The notes beneath the pieces were generated by a model. It was not told the DNA's origin. It was given only the letters and a program-made list of their open reading frames with translations, and made no database searches. Shown piece by piece: positions 25,638 to 34,824 of a stretch of DNA of 64,000 nt (its first letter is position 1; each line of letters starts with the position of its first letter). Position numbers and translations under genes: made by a program. Origin of the DNA: Bdellovibrionales bacterium (GTDB lineage: Bacteria > Bdellovibrionota > Bdellovibrionia > Bdellovibrionales > JAGQZY01); contig JAIEOS010000012.1 in NCBI GenBank assembly GCA_019750295.1, positions 22,605-86,604 on the forward strand, in the 5' to 3' direction.

Positions 25638-26714
25638 ATGGCAGAACACAGCGAGCAGGAACGCACAGAAGAAGCAACCAGTCAGCGGAGAGAGGATTTC
25701 CGCCGTCGTGGTCAAGTCGCGCAGACGAAAGAACTTTCGTCGGTGTTTATGCTTTTGGGTCTAGCTCTTTTGATGTGGATGATGGGGAAGTACTTCCTCG
25801 ATAATATCTTCGACACCTACCGGATGGCTTTTGATCTCATCCGTCCTGATGTTCTCCGGGACAACAACATCACGGGTTACCTTGCAGCCTTTGGAATCAA
25901 GGCGGCGATGATTTTGGCGCCAATTCTTCTTTTCGCGCTTGTGTTTTCGATTGGTGCTTCGGTGCTCCAGACCGGTCTGTTGTTTAGCGAAGAAGCTCTT
26001 TCTCCAGATTTAAATAAAATGAACCCGCTCACGGGATTTAAACGAATCTTCAGTCTTCGGAATCTGATGGAGGGGGTTAAGTCTCTCGCGAAGTTCGCGG
26101 CCATCGGGGGCGTGGTTTATAAAATTCTTTCCGGGGTGATGACGGGACTTCCTGAGCTCACTTTATTCTCACCCACGCAGACGATGGGGTTCCTTGTAAC
26201 GCTCATCTTTAAATTGCTATTTAGTGTCGGCATCCTGATGCTTGTGATCGCCATCGCGGATTACTTTTTTCAACGCTTCACGCTCGAAAATGAGATGAAG
26301 ATGACAAAACAAGAAATTCGCGACGAAGTGAAAACCCGAGAAGGGGATCCGCTCATTAAAGCGCGCATTCGGAAGATACAAAAAGAAACAGCTCAGCGCC
26401 GGATGATGAGTGACGTGCCTAAGGCAGATGTGATTATCACAAACCCGACTCACATTGCGATCGCTCTAAAATACAATCCCGAAAAGTACGCGGCCCCGAT
26501 CTTATTAGCTAAAGGCCAGGATCACGTCGCTATGAAGATCAGAGAGCTCGCTAAAGAGCACAATATTCCGATCGTCGAGAACAAACCTCTGGCGCGTGCG
26601 ATTTTTAAAACTATGGAACTGGGACAGGTTATTCCCCGTGAACTCTTTGCCGCGGTGGCTGAGGTTCTCGCTTACGTCTTTAAACTTAAAAAGAAAAAAC
26701 TGGCTAGGATCTAA
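25638..26714 (+). CDS. flhB: Flagellar export switch protein FlhB
   Basis: 358 aa with four N-terminal TM segments and the NPTH autocleavage motif (VIITNPTHIAIALKY). Confidence 0.9.
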   Translation: MAEHSEQERTEEATSQRREDFRRRGQVAQTKELSSVFMLLGLALLMWMMGKYFLDNIFDTYRMAFDLIRPDVLRDNNITGYLAAFGIKAAMILAPILLFALVFSIGASVLQTGLLFSEEALSPDLNKMNPLTGFKRIFSLRNLMEGVKSLAKFAAIGGVVYKILSGVMTGLPELTLFSPTQTMGFLVTLIFKLLFSVGILMLVIAIADYFFQRFTLENEMKMTKQEIRDEVKTREGDPLIKARIRKIQKETAQRRMMSDVPKADVIITNPTHIAIALKYNPEKYAAPILLAKGQDHVAMKIRELAKEHNIPIVENKPLARAIFKTMELGQVIPRELFAAVAEVLAYVFKLKKKKLARI

Positions 26715-28810
26715 TGGAAGCGATGATTCAATTTTTAAGAAAGTTCGATAAGCTCTCAAAAAACTTAGACATGGTCATGGCCCTGTCGATCATTGCGATT
26801 CTTTTCGTCATGATTATTCCACTTCCTCCAGTGCTTTTGGATTTATCATTAACTTTTTCGATCATGTTGAGTTTGTTAGTTCTTTTGGTGGCCGTTTACA
26901 CGCAACAGGTCTTAGACTTTAGCGTCTTCCCCTCACTTCTCTTGATTTCGACTCTCTTCCGCCTGTCGCTCAACGTGGCGACAACACGCTTAATTCTTTC
27001 AGAGGGTCATAACGGTCCAGATGCGGCAGGATCTGTGATCCACGCGTTCTCAAGCTTCGTCATCGGGAATAACTACGCCATTGGATTTATTGTTTTTATC
27101 ATCTTAGTTGTCATTAACTTTGTGGTGATCACTAAAGGTTCGGGTCGTATTGCGGAAGTGGCAGCGCGCTTCACGTTAGATGCAATGCCGGGTAAACAAA
27201 TGTCGATCGATGCGGATTTGAATGCTGGTCTTATTAACGAAGAACAAGCTCGGACTCGTCGTAAGAAGATCGAAAACGAAGCGGACTTCTACGGAGCCAT
27301 GGATGGTGCCAGTAAATTCGTTCGTGGAGATGCGATTGCCGGGATCGTGATCATGGTGATTAACATTATCGGTGGTCTAGCCATCGGTGTTCTTCAACAA
27401 GGGTTAGATATCAGCACGGCCGCCAAATTCTACACGCAATTAACTGTGGGTGATGGGCTAGTCACGCAAATTCCAGCGCTGATCGTTTCGACAGCGGCCG
27501 GTACAGTGGTGACGAAGAACAGTTCGAAGTCGAGCATTGGTGCCGACATCGCCACACAGCTTTTCATCAATCCGAAAGCCGTTTTTGCGGCTTCGGGAAT
27601 TATGTTTATGTTCGCCGTGATTCCAGGGCTTCCGGCTCTTCCGTTTGCCTTTATGGCGATCCTGCTCGGCGGAATCGGTTACGTCACTATGGAAACTCAA
27701 AAACAAAAGGCAAAGGACGAAGAGCAAAAACAAACAGCCGAAGCTCAGAGACCTAAATCCGAAAATATCGAAAGCCTTCTTCCTTTGGATTTGGTTGAGG
27801 TCGAAGTGGGTTATGGATTAATTAATATCGTCGAGTCTCACGAAAGCGGCGATCTCATGGAGCGTATCGTGAGCATACGTAAGCAATTTGCTATAGATTT
27901 AGGGGTCATCATCCCGCCAGTTCATATCCGAGATAACTTACAGTTGAAGCCAGGGGAGTATCGAATCCTCATTAAGGGTCACAAAGTGGCACAGGGCGAG
28001 CTCAAGGCTGAATGTTTTCTGGCGATGGATCCCGGCGGCGCTTCTAAAAAGATCGATGGTATTCCCACGAAGGAGCCGGCGTTTGGCCTGGATGCTCTAT
28101 GGATTACGAAGAGTCATAAAGAAGAAGCGGAACTTAAGGGTTACACCGTGGTGGATTTGCCAACAGTCATGGCCACTCACCTGACGGAAGTTCTTCGAAT
28201 GCATGCGAACGAATTGTTCGGTCGCCAAGAGGCGAGTGCGCTGGTAGAGAACTTTAAAAAGAATTACCCGAAAGTGGTTGAAGATCTTATCCCAGATCAA
28301 TTGTCTCTGGGAGCCGTGGTTAAAGTTCTTCAGAATCTTCTTAAAGAACAAGTCTCCATTCGCGATCTATTAACCATCTTCGAAACTCTCGGTGACGAAG
28401 CCTCTAAGAGCAAAGACACCGACGCATTGACCGAAGCCGTACGTCGTCGTTTAAATCGCGGAATCACGGCGAAGTATGCGGATGATAGCGGTAGCATTCA
28501 AGTCATGACGTTGAGTGGAAATCTCGAGGAAGAGATCATCCAATCCCTCATGCAAACAGAACAGGGCATTCAGTTGGCCATGGATCCGATGCGCATGCAA
28601 AAGATCGTGCTTAACATTGCTGACATGATCGAGTCGCACCCGGAGATCGCAAGTCAGCCGATTCTTTTAACAAGCCCAACGGTGCGTCGCCATGTTCATA
28701 GAATTGTGAGCAAATTTATTCCGCAACTTGTGGTGCTCTCGCATAACGAAGTGTCATCGCAAGCCAGAGTTTCGTCCGTAGGAGTCGTGGAGGTTCCGTA
28801 TGCAAGTTAG
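26714..28810 (+). CDS. flhA: Flagellar export gate protein FlhA
   Basis: 698 aa with FHIPEP-family N-terminus (AARFTLDAMPGKQMSIDADLNAG) and a large cytoplasmic C-terminal domain. Confidence 0.95.
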   Translation: MEAMIQFLRKFDKLSKNLDMVMALSIIAILFVMIIPLPPVLLDLSLTFSIMLSLLVLLVAVYTQQVLDFSVFPSLLLISTLFRLSLNVATTRLILSEGHNGPDAAGSVIHAFSSFVIGNNYAIGFIVFIILVVINFVVITKGSGRIAEVAARFTLDAMPGKQMSIDADLNAGLINEEQARTRRKKIENEADFYGAMDGASKFVRGDAIAGIVIMVINIIGGLAIGVLQQGLDISTAAKFYTQLTVGDGLVTQIPALIVSTAAGTVVTKNSSKSSIGADIATQLFINPKAVFAASGIMFMFAVIPGLPALPFAFMAILLGGIGYVTMETQKQKAKDEEQKQTAEAQRPKSENIESLLPLDLVEVEVGYGLINIVESHESGDLMERIVSIRKQFAIDLGVIIPPVHIRDNLQLKPGEYRILIKGHKVAQGELKAECFLAMDPGGASKKIDGIPTKEPAFGLDALWITKSHKEEAELKGYTVVDLPTVMATHLTEVLRMHANELFGRQEASALVENFKKNYPKVVEDLIPDQLSLGAVVKVLQNLLKEQVSIRDLLTIFETLGDEASKSKDTDALTEAVRRRLNRGITAKYADDSGSIQVMTLSGNLEEEIIQSLMQTEQGIQLAMDPMRMQKIVLNIADMIESHPEIASQPILLTSPTVRRHVHRIVSKFIPQLVVLSHNEVSSQARVSSVGVVEVPYAS

Positions 28811-30341
28811 AAAATACGAGGCATCAACTATAAAGGAAGCCGTAGATCAGGTGAAAAAAGATCTCGGCCCTGATGCCATTATCCTTTCGACTCGCGAAAT
28901 TGCGGGAAATCGAAATGCGCTTAAGAAAGTCATGATCACGGCCGCCGTGGCCGAACAAACGTATCAAAAAAAACGTGTGGTCGAGAGCAATCTTTCCGAA
29001 AAAGAAAGACAAAAACTTTCAAGCCGACCAGCTCGTCATCAGCGCGAAGTGATCAATTCTATTTACTCGAACCTTCAAGAAAAAATCGAAACGAAACGCC
29101 GCACCAGTCTTGCTGGAGTCAATTACGCATCCATTCGTGAAGAGGACGAGGGCTACCAAGACGATCCTCAGGACGATGACGATGCTGAGGCGCAGTTTGA
29201 GCAACAGCTGGCTCAACTCAAGAGAAAAAATACTTTAAAGCCATCCGCCAACGGAGCCACGACATCGCCAACGGAAGCTACCACCGCCGGAAAGCGAGTG
29301 AAGCAGGCGGTACTGAACGCCTTCACCGCCATCGAAAAATCAGATTTTATTAAAGACGCTAAGCCCAAAACGGTGACGGCAACGGGAACGTCGAAAACAG
29401 TGATCAACAAAGCCGACACGGCTCGACTGGAAGAGCTCAAGGGCGAAATTAAAAGACTTCAATCCTTACTCCAATCCACCAGTGGAAATTCTGCCGCCAA
29501 GGAAGTTCCCCCGTTCTCGGGCGCCAAACACGGGATCGTTCCCGAAGCGAGCTTCATGTACGATAAGCTCATCAATGCGGGCTGTGATGATAAAACGGCA
29601 GCAATGATTTTAAAACAGGCTCATCAACAGCTGGGTGAGAATGTAAAGAAACGAGCGGTGCTTGATGCCTACACGGCAAAGTGGGTATTAAACGCCATGG
29701 ACGTCGTAAAAAATCCGTTGGTGGGTCGTTTCCACTTTTTTGTGGGACCCCGCGGAGTCGGCAAAACATCGACATTGGTGAAAATGGCGAGCCACCTTGT
29801 TCTTAAAGAACGAAAAAAAGTGGCCATTATTTCTGCGGACACCAACAAAGTGGGCGCGGTCGATCAACTTCGCATCTATAGCCATATATTAAATGTACCT
29901 TTTGCTGTGGTTAAGAATAGTCACGAGGTGATTAGCGTGATCCAACAGCTCAATGGTGTGGATTACATTCTTTTTGATACGCAAGGGTTATCACTCTCGC
30001 AAATGGAAGAGATTGAGTGGATTAAAAATTTAATCCCGCAAAACTTGGGGGATGCGCGCATTCACTTGGTTTTATCGGCCATGATGAGAGACGAAGAGCT
30101 CAGTGGATTGAGCCGTCGTTTTAAAGCGATTCACTTCCATGATGTGATGTTCACTAATTTGGATCAAGTTCATAGATACGGATTTTTAATTAACTTTCAG
30201 AGAAACGTTCCTGCTCCGTTTTATGCCTTCGGCATGGGACCAATGATTCCCGAAGACTTTGAGTGGGCGACTAAGGAACGAGTTCTCGATCTCATCTTCA
30301 AAATTTCTAAAACTAAGTGGGAAGGCGAAAAACATGACTGA
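28800..30341 (+). CDS. flhF: Flagellar SRP-type GTPase FlhF
   Basis: 513 aa. An acidic, disordered N-terminal half is followed by FFVGPRGVGKTST (G1), DTQG (G3) and an SRP54-type GTPase domain. Confidence 0.85.
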   Translation: MQVRKYEASTIKEAVDQVKKDLGPDAIILSTREIAGNRNALKKVMITAAVAEQTYQKKRVVESNLSEKERQKLSSRPARHQREVINSIYSNLQEKIETKRRTSLAGVNYASIREEDEGYQDDPQDDDDAEAQFEQQLAQLKRKNTLKPSANGATTSPTEATTAGKRVKQAVLNAFTAIEKSDFIKDAKPKTVTATGTSKTVINKADTARLEELKGEIKRLQSLLQSTSGNSAAKEVPPFSGAKHGIVPEASFMYDKLINAGCDDKTAAMILKQAHQQLGENVKKRAVLDAYTAKWVLNAMDVVKNPLVGRFHFFVGPRGVGKTSTLVKMASHLVLKERKKVAIISADTNKVGAVDQLRIYSHILNVPFAVVKNSHEVISVIQQLNGVDYILFDTQGLSLSQMEEIEWIKNLIPQNLGDARIHLVLSAMMRDEELSGLSRRFKAIHFHDVMFTNLDQVHRYGFLINFQRNVPAPFYAFGMGPMIPEDFEWATKERVLDLIFKISKTKWEGEKHD

Positions 30342-31146
30342 GAAAAGCATACGAACAATAAGCATCACGTCGGGAAAAGGTGGCGTAGGTAAGACGACGC
30401 TCACAACAAATCTCTCCTACTTGCTATCAAATTTAAATAAAAAAGTATTAATTCTTGATGGCGATATGAGCCTAGCGAATGTGGATATCTTCTTTAGAAA
30501 AAATCCGGATAAAACATTAAAAAACTTTTTTGACGGAACCGCCACGCTTCCGGAGATTATCGTTAAGTACTCAAAGAATGTTCATATCCTTCCTGGCTCC
30601 AGTGGGATTTTAGAACTCACGCAGTTAAATGCATTCCAAAAGAAAATGCTCATTGATGGCGTCAGTCAGCTCGAAGGGGAGTACGATTATTTACTGATCG
30701 ATACGGCCTCTGGCATTTCCGACGAAGTCTTGTATTTAAGCAGCGCCGCTCAAGAGGTGTTTGTGGTACTCCAGGCGGATCCGTCAAGCCTTACGGATTC
30801 CTACGCTTTAATTAAGCTTCTTCATCAAAAATACAAGATCAAGACCTTTTCGATTGTGGCCAATCAAGTGCTTAACGAGCAAGAGGCTCTTAAAGTTTAC
30901 GACCGAATCAATACGGTCGCGGCGAAGTTTCTTAACATTAACCTGCAATATGTTGGATATGTCCCATTTGATATCAAATTGAGACAGGCGACGGCTCAAC
31001 AAGAGCTGGTTTCCTCATTTGCACCTCATTGTTCGTCTAGTTTTGGGATGAAGCGGATTGCTGATTTTATTGATAATTCCGCACGTAAAGACGAATGTCG
31101 TGGGGGCCTACAGTTCTTTTGGAACCAGGTCTTGAATATTGCTTGA
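30334..31146 (+). CDS. flhG: MinD/ParA-type flagellar number regulator FlhG (FleN)
   Basis: ATG 30334 overlaps the flhF stop (ATGACTGA). It has ISITSGKGGVGKTT (deviant Walker A) and LLIDTASG. The track start 30259 is upstream, inside flhF. Confidence 0.85.
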   Translation: MTEKSIRTISITSGKGGVGKTTLTTNLSYLLSNLNKKVLILDGDMSLANVDIFFRKNPDKTLKNFFDGTATLPEIIVKYSKNVHILPGSSGILELTQLNAFQKKMLIDGVSQLEGEYDYLLIDTASGISDEVLYLSSAAQEVFVVLQADPSSLTDSYALIKLLHQKYKIKTFSIVANQVLNEQEALKVYDRINTVAAKFLNINLQYVGYVPFDIKLRQATAQQELVSSFAPHCSSSFGMKRIADFIDNSARKDECRGGLQFFWNQVLNIA

Positions 31147-31204
31147 GTCTGGCCCCTCTATCTTAATTGAATTTTTTTGTTAAACTGGTTGAACAAGGTT
31201 GGTT

Positions 31205-31984
31205 ATGTCAAATTCGCCCGCGAAAAAATATAAAGAAGAAGCGTTAAAAATTTCTCCTGCACAAAAAGACAAACTCATCGTTGAGTATGCGCCTCTTATT
31301 AAATTCGTTGCGCAAAAGATCGCAGCCCGTCTTCCTTCGAACATCGAATTAGATGACTTGATCTCCAGCGGCGTGATCGGGCTCATGGACGCGATCGATA
31401 AATACGATCCCACCCGTGATAATAAATTTAAAACCTATGCTGAATTCCGTATTCGTGGAGCCATTCTCGATGAACTGCGCGCTCAGGATTGGGTGCCTCG
31501 ATCGGTTCGTGATAAATCGAAGATGCTCGACAAAACCATCGTTGAGCTTGAAGTTAACTTAGGCCGAACACCTAAAGACGAAGAGATCGCCGAGAAGCTA
31601 GCGATTTCGATGGATGAACTTCATGAGCTGGTCAACGAAGTGCGGCCGGTGAGTGTAGTCTCCATTGATGAAACACCCACGTTTAGCACCGTGGATAAAA
31701 AGTCTATTCTTAATATCTTAGACGGTTGTAAATTCAATAACCCTCAAAACCAGCTCGATGTAAAATTCTTAAAAGATGTGATCACAAAAGCGATCGAAGA
31801 GCTTCCTGAGCGTCAGCGCTTAGTGCTTTCTTTGTACTATTACGAAGATTTAAATTTAAAAGAGATCGGCCGAGTTCTTCGCGTGACGGAGAGTCGCGTG
31901 TCGCAACTTCACGCCCAGGCCATCGTTCGCTTAAGAGCTAAGCTCAATCAAGCGTTCCAAAACCGCGATTTAGAAGCCTCTTAA
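31205..31984 (+). CDS. fliA: Flagellar sigma factor FliA (sigma-28)
   Basis: About 259 aa. Sigma-70 regions 2-4 are visible (SSGVIGLMDAIDKYDP; RQRLVLSLYYYEDLNLKEIGRVLRVTESRVSQLHAQAI). It sits directly after flhG. Confidence 0.85.
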   Translation: MSNSPAKKYKEEALKISPAQKDKLIVEYAPLIKFVAQKIAARLPSNIELDDLISSGVIGLMDAIDKYDPTRDNKFKTYAEFRIRGAILDELRAQDWVPRSVRDKSKMLDKTIVELEVNLGRTPKDEEIAEKLAISMDELHELVNEVRPVSVVSIDETPTFSTVDKKSILNILDGCKFNNPQNQLDVKFLKDVITKAIEELPERQRLVLSLYYYEDLNLKEIGRVLRVTESRVSQLHAQAIVRLRAKLNQAFQNRDLEAS

Positions 31985-32072
31985 TAGCGCCGTCCTTCTG
32001 AGGGAATGCCACAGCGCCTTCAGCTCGACAACTCCGATTCAAATTTGCGATGATCTTCTGTGAGAGGTTTCC

Positions 32073-32453
32073 ATGAAGTTCATCCCAATTTTGTGTTTTC
32101 TATTTCTTTCGCTTTCAGCGAGCGCTCAACTTCTTTCGGTAGAGGCTAACTGCTGGAATTCCGCCCTGGATAGTGATGGTTCATTTTTGTGTCAGTATGT
32201 GGTGATGAGCGCCAAAGAGGCGGGTATAAACTCTTATATCTATCCTGAACTGCGCGCCCCCGACGGCGATGGCCCTCTGACGCTGATCCAAGCGGACCGA
32301 GCTTGTGCTCTCCTCGGCTTTCGCTATGCGATTCGTTTCGAGTTAGAGAGCCCGGGGAAAGAACGACAACAGATCCTTTTCAATCAAAACGGAAGCGCGA
32401 GCCTTGAGCTTTCTCCAGATCCCTTTATTCAACATATCAATTGCGGGGATTAA
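32073..32453 (+). CDS. Secreted Cys-containing hypothetical protein
   Basis: 126 aa with signal peptide MKFIPILCFLFLSLSASAQ and four Cys in the mature part. No motif recognised. Confidence 0.5.
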   Translation: MKFIPILCFLFLSLSASAQLLSVEANCWNSALDSDGSFLCQYVVMSAKEAGINSYIYPELRAPDGDGPLTLIQADRACALLGFRYAIRFELESPGKERQQILFNQNGSASLELSPDPFIQHINCGD

Positions 32454-33320
32454 TTACTTTTGCCAGCCGGGCACCCAAGCGGCCGTGCGACCACCAATAT
32501 CTTCGTGAACGATTTTTCCGCGACGGGTGCGGGCATTTTTAGATTTCCCCCAACGCTCGTGAAAGATCCATGTCTTTGGAAATCGCTCGTAGTCCGCATC
32601 CACCTGAACCGCCTTTTTAACAACGGCTAACGTTTGCTGATGCAACTTCTTGAGCTGAGCGGGCTTCAGGGCGCAGGCCAGAGTTTTGGGTGCAATCTGC
32701 GCGTGGTATAAAATTTCGTCCGCCAACCAATTGCCAATTCCCGCAAATAAACTCTGATCGAGGAGCACAGATTTGATCGGTTTTTTACGTCGAGCTAATT
32801 TTTCGCCTAATACTTTAACACCCGGGAAGTCGAGGAGGGGATCAAAGCCCAACGCCTTGATGCGCGGATGTTCCCAGGGTTTATCGGTGAGCCACATGCG
32901 ACCAAAGCGGCGGGGGTCGATAAATGCCATCTCGAAACCTTTTTCAAACTCCAAAAGCAACCGGGAGAACCACAGTTTCTCGCGAACACTCTCGCTCTTT
33001 TCGCTCCACAACTTAGCACCGCCCCAGATCTTCTCGGGCCCTCGGCCTTGAGCTTTGGGATTAACGATAGCGACGTTACCACTCATCCCAAGATGGAAGA
33101 TCGGCCAGGGCTTACGATCTAATTCTAACCAAAAGTATTTCCCTTTGCGACCGGTGCCGCGAATCTTGGCGCCGATCAAAGCTTTTTGAACCTCTTTTAT
33201 CGGAGCGAACGCAAAAAGGTAACGGTCTTTGGGATCAAGATCTAAGGCTTTGATTTTTTGACCGACCAACTGTTTGTGAATCTGTCGTCGAACGGTTTCG
33301 ACCTCGGCGAGTTCTGGCAT
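32454..33320 (-). CDS. mutM: Formamidopyrimidine-DNA glycosylase (Fpg/MutM), zincless type
   Basis: 288 aa with MPELAEVE (catalytic Pro2/Glu3), an H2TH segment (LLDQSLFAGIGNWLADEILY), and a C-terminus GRTAAWVPGWQK lacking the four-Cys zinc finger. Confidence 0.85.
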   Translation of the reverse strand: MPELAEVETVRRQIHKQLVGQKIKALDLDPKDRYLFAFAPIKEVQKALIGAKIRGTGRKGKYFWLELDRKPWPIFHLGMSGNVAIVNPKAQGRGPEKIWGGAKLWSEKSESVREKLWFSRLLLEFEKGFEMAFIDPRRFGRMWLTDKPWEHPRIKALGFDPLLDFPGVKVLGEKLARRKKPIKSVLLDQSLFAGIGNWLADEILYHAQIAPKTLACALKPAQLKKLHQQTLAVVKKAVQVDADYERFPKTWIFHERWGKSKNARTRRGKIVHEDIGGRTAAWVPGWQK

Positions 33321-33322
33321 TT

Positions 33323-34375
33323 TTATTCAGGTTTAAGAGTCGCACTGACGGCGTCTTTGATTTTTTTCATTAAGCGCGCTTCCATTTGGCGTACGGCTTC
33401 GCGAGTGACGCCCCATTTTTCACCGATGTCTTGCAGGGTGATGGGATTATCGGAGAGTAAGCGCTCGTCTAAAAGATAAAGTTCTTTCTTGTTGAGTTGA
33501 GGCCGAAGATCTCCCAACTTTTGATCGAGGACTTTGAGTGATTCGCGATGAGCGATCTGCTCGTCAACCCCTGTCTCGTTGGTCGCTTCCATATCCAGTC
33601 GAATGGATTCGCCGTCTTCGCTCACCGGAGCGTCTAAGCTCACATCACGGCCCGACATGCGCTCTTCCATCATCTTGACGTCGCTTTCGGGAACGCCAAG
33701 CCGCGCGCTCAAAAGTGCGACATCGCCACCTTGGCCAATTTGATCCAAATTTTGTTTTTCTTTTTGTAGATGATAGTAGAGTTTGCGCTGATTTTGAGTG
33801 GTTCCAATGCGAACGACTGAATGTTGGCGCATCAGATACTCTTGAATGTAACCACGAATCCACCACACCGCATAGGTGATCAAGCGCACGCCTTTATACG
33901 GATTGAACTCCTTTACTGCATGCATAAGACCCACGTTACCTTCTTGAATGATATCGATCAGGCGATTTCCAAACTTTGCATATTCCGCCGCCACTTTGAC
34001 GACAAATCGAAGGTTCGAGGTCACAAGAATTTCAGCATCATTCGGATCCTTCGTTTGAAAATAGCGAAGGGCGATCTCGTTCTCCTGCTCGCGAGTGAGC
34101 AAAGGGTACTTGTTCACGTTGGCGAGATAAACGGTGAGAGCGTCCGACGCGACAGGGGTCAATTCGCTGGAGCCTTTCAGGGCTCGAGACGAATCAACGA
34201 TTTCGGCTTGAACGACCTTCGCTTCTTTTTTAGGAGCTTTGGTCATTAACGTAGAGATTTTTTTCTTGGGGGCTGACTTTGGTTTTGCCTTAGTCTTAAC
34301 GGAAGAAGACTTAGCCTTCTTGGGCGCCGCTTTGGGAGTGGCTTTTTTGACCGTTTTCTTTGTCTTTTTCGCCAT
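33323..34375 (-). CDS. rpoH: RpoH-type (sigma-32-like) sigma factor with Lys-rich N-terminal extension
   Basis: 350 aa with region 2 (NLRFVVKVAAEYAKFG...IQEGNVGLMHAVKEFNP), an RpoH-box-like QNQRKLYYHLQKEK, and region 4.2 (ITLQDIGEKWGVTREAVRQMEARL). The first ~55 residues are MAKKTKKTVKKATPKAAPKKAKSSSVKTKAKPKSAPKKK... Confidence 0.7.
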   Translation of the reverse strand: MAKKTKKTVKKATPKAAPKKAKSSSVKTKAKPKSAPKKKISTLMTKAPKKEAKVVQAEIVDSSRALKGSSELTPVASDALTVYLANVNKYPLLTREQENEIALRYFQTKDPNDAEILVTSNLRFVVKVAAEYAKFGNRLIDIIQEGNVGLMHAVKEFNPYKGVRLITYAVWWIRGYIQEYLMRQHSVVRIGTTQNQRKLYYHLQKEKQNLDQIGQGGDVALLSARLGVPESDVKMMEERMSGRDVSLDAPVSEDGESIRLDMEATNETGVDEQIAHRESLKVLDQKLGDLRPQLNKKELYLLDERLLSDNPITLQDIGEKWGVTREAVRQMEARLMKKIKDAVSATLKPE

Positions 34376-34380
34376 CGAGC

Positions 34381-34686
34381 TTAGGCCAAAAGTTTATTGA
34401 GCTTGTGTTCGATGGTGGATTTAATCTGTCCTTTGAACATTCCCATCAGCATCGGGAGATCGACTTCGATACTCACATTGCTGTTAGAGCCCTGGGGAGA
34501 CACTTTAAGATCAGCGGAAAACTGCTTTCCTTTGGCGGCGGCGCTGAGTTTGGCGTCGTCAAAGGTGCAGGTCATAGAGGAGTCCATTTTTTTAAGGTCA
34601 CTGCCTTCACCAAAAAGGCCCTGAATTCTTTTGTAAGTTTCTTCGGCGGAATACTTGGAATTTACATCGACATTTACTTTGGGCAT
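34381..34686 (-). CDS. Small conserved hypothetical protein (PHA_gran_rgn-like?)
   Basis: 101 aa. The overall pattern and the C-terminal LPMLMGMFKGQIKSTIEHKLNKLL recall the polyhydroxyalkanoic-acid-system small protein family. This assignment is weak. Confidence 0.35.
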   Translation of the reverse strand: MPKVNVDVNSKYSAEETYKRIQGLFGEGSDLKKMDSSMTCTFDDAKLSAAAKGKQFSADLKVSPQGSNSNVSIEVDLPMLMGMFKGQIKSTIEHKLNKLLA

Positions 34687-34824
34687 GTGAACCTTCCTTG
34701 CTCGGATTAAAACTAGTCTCTTACCTATTTTTTGTCATAATAGGGCGTGTCAATACGAGTCCAGGACTACATGATTTTCCAATACAAATGTAGAACAAAA
34801 GGATTGTACATTTGAGAGGGATCC

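Noticed and set aside
34785-34814. Inverted repeat CAAATGTA-N14-TACATTTG just upstream of aspS
   Set aside because: It is short (8 bp) and AT-rich, with no T-box or other riboswitch features. It could be a minor operator or chance.
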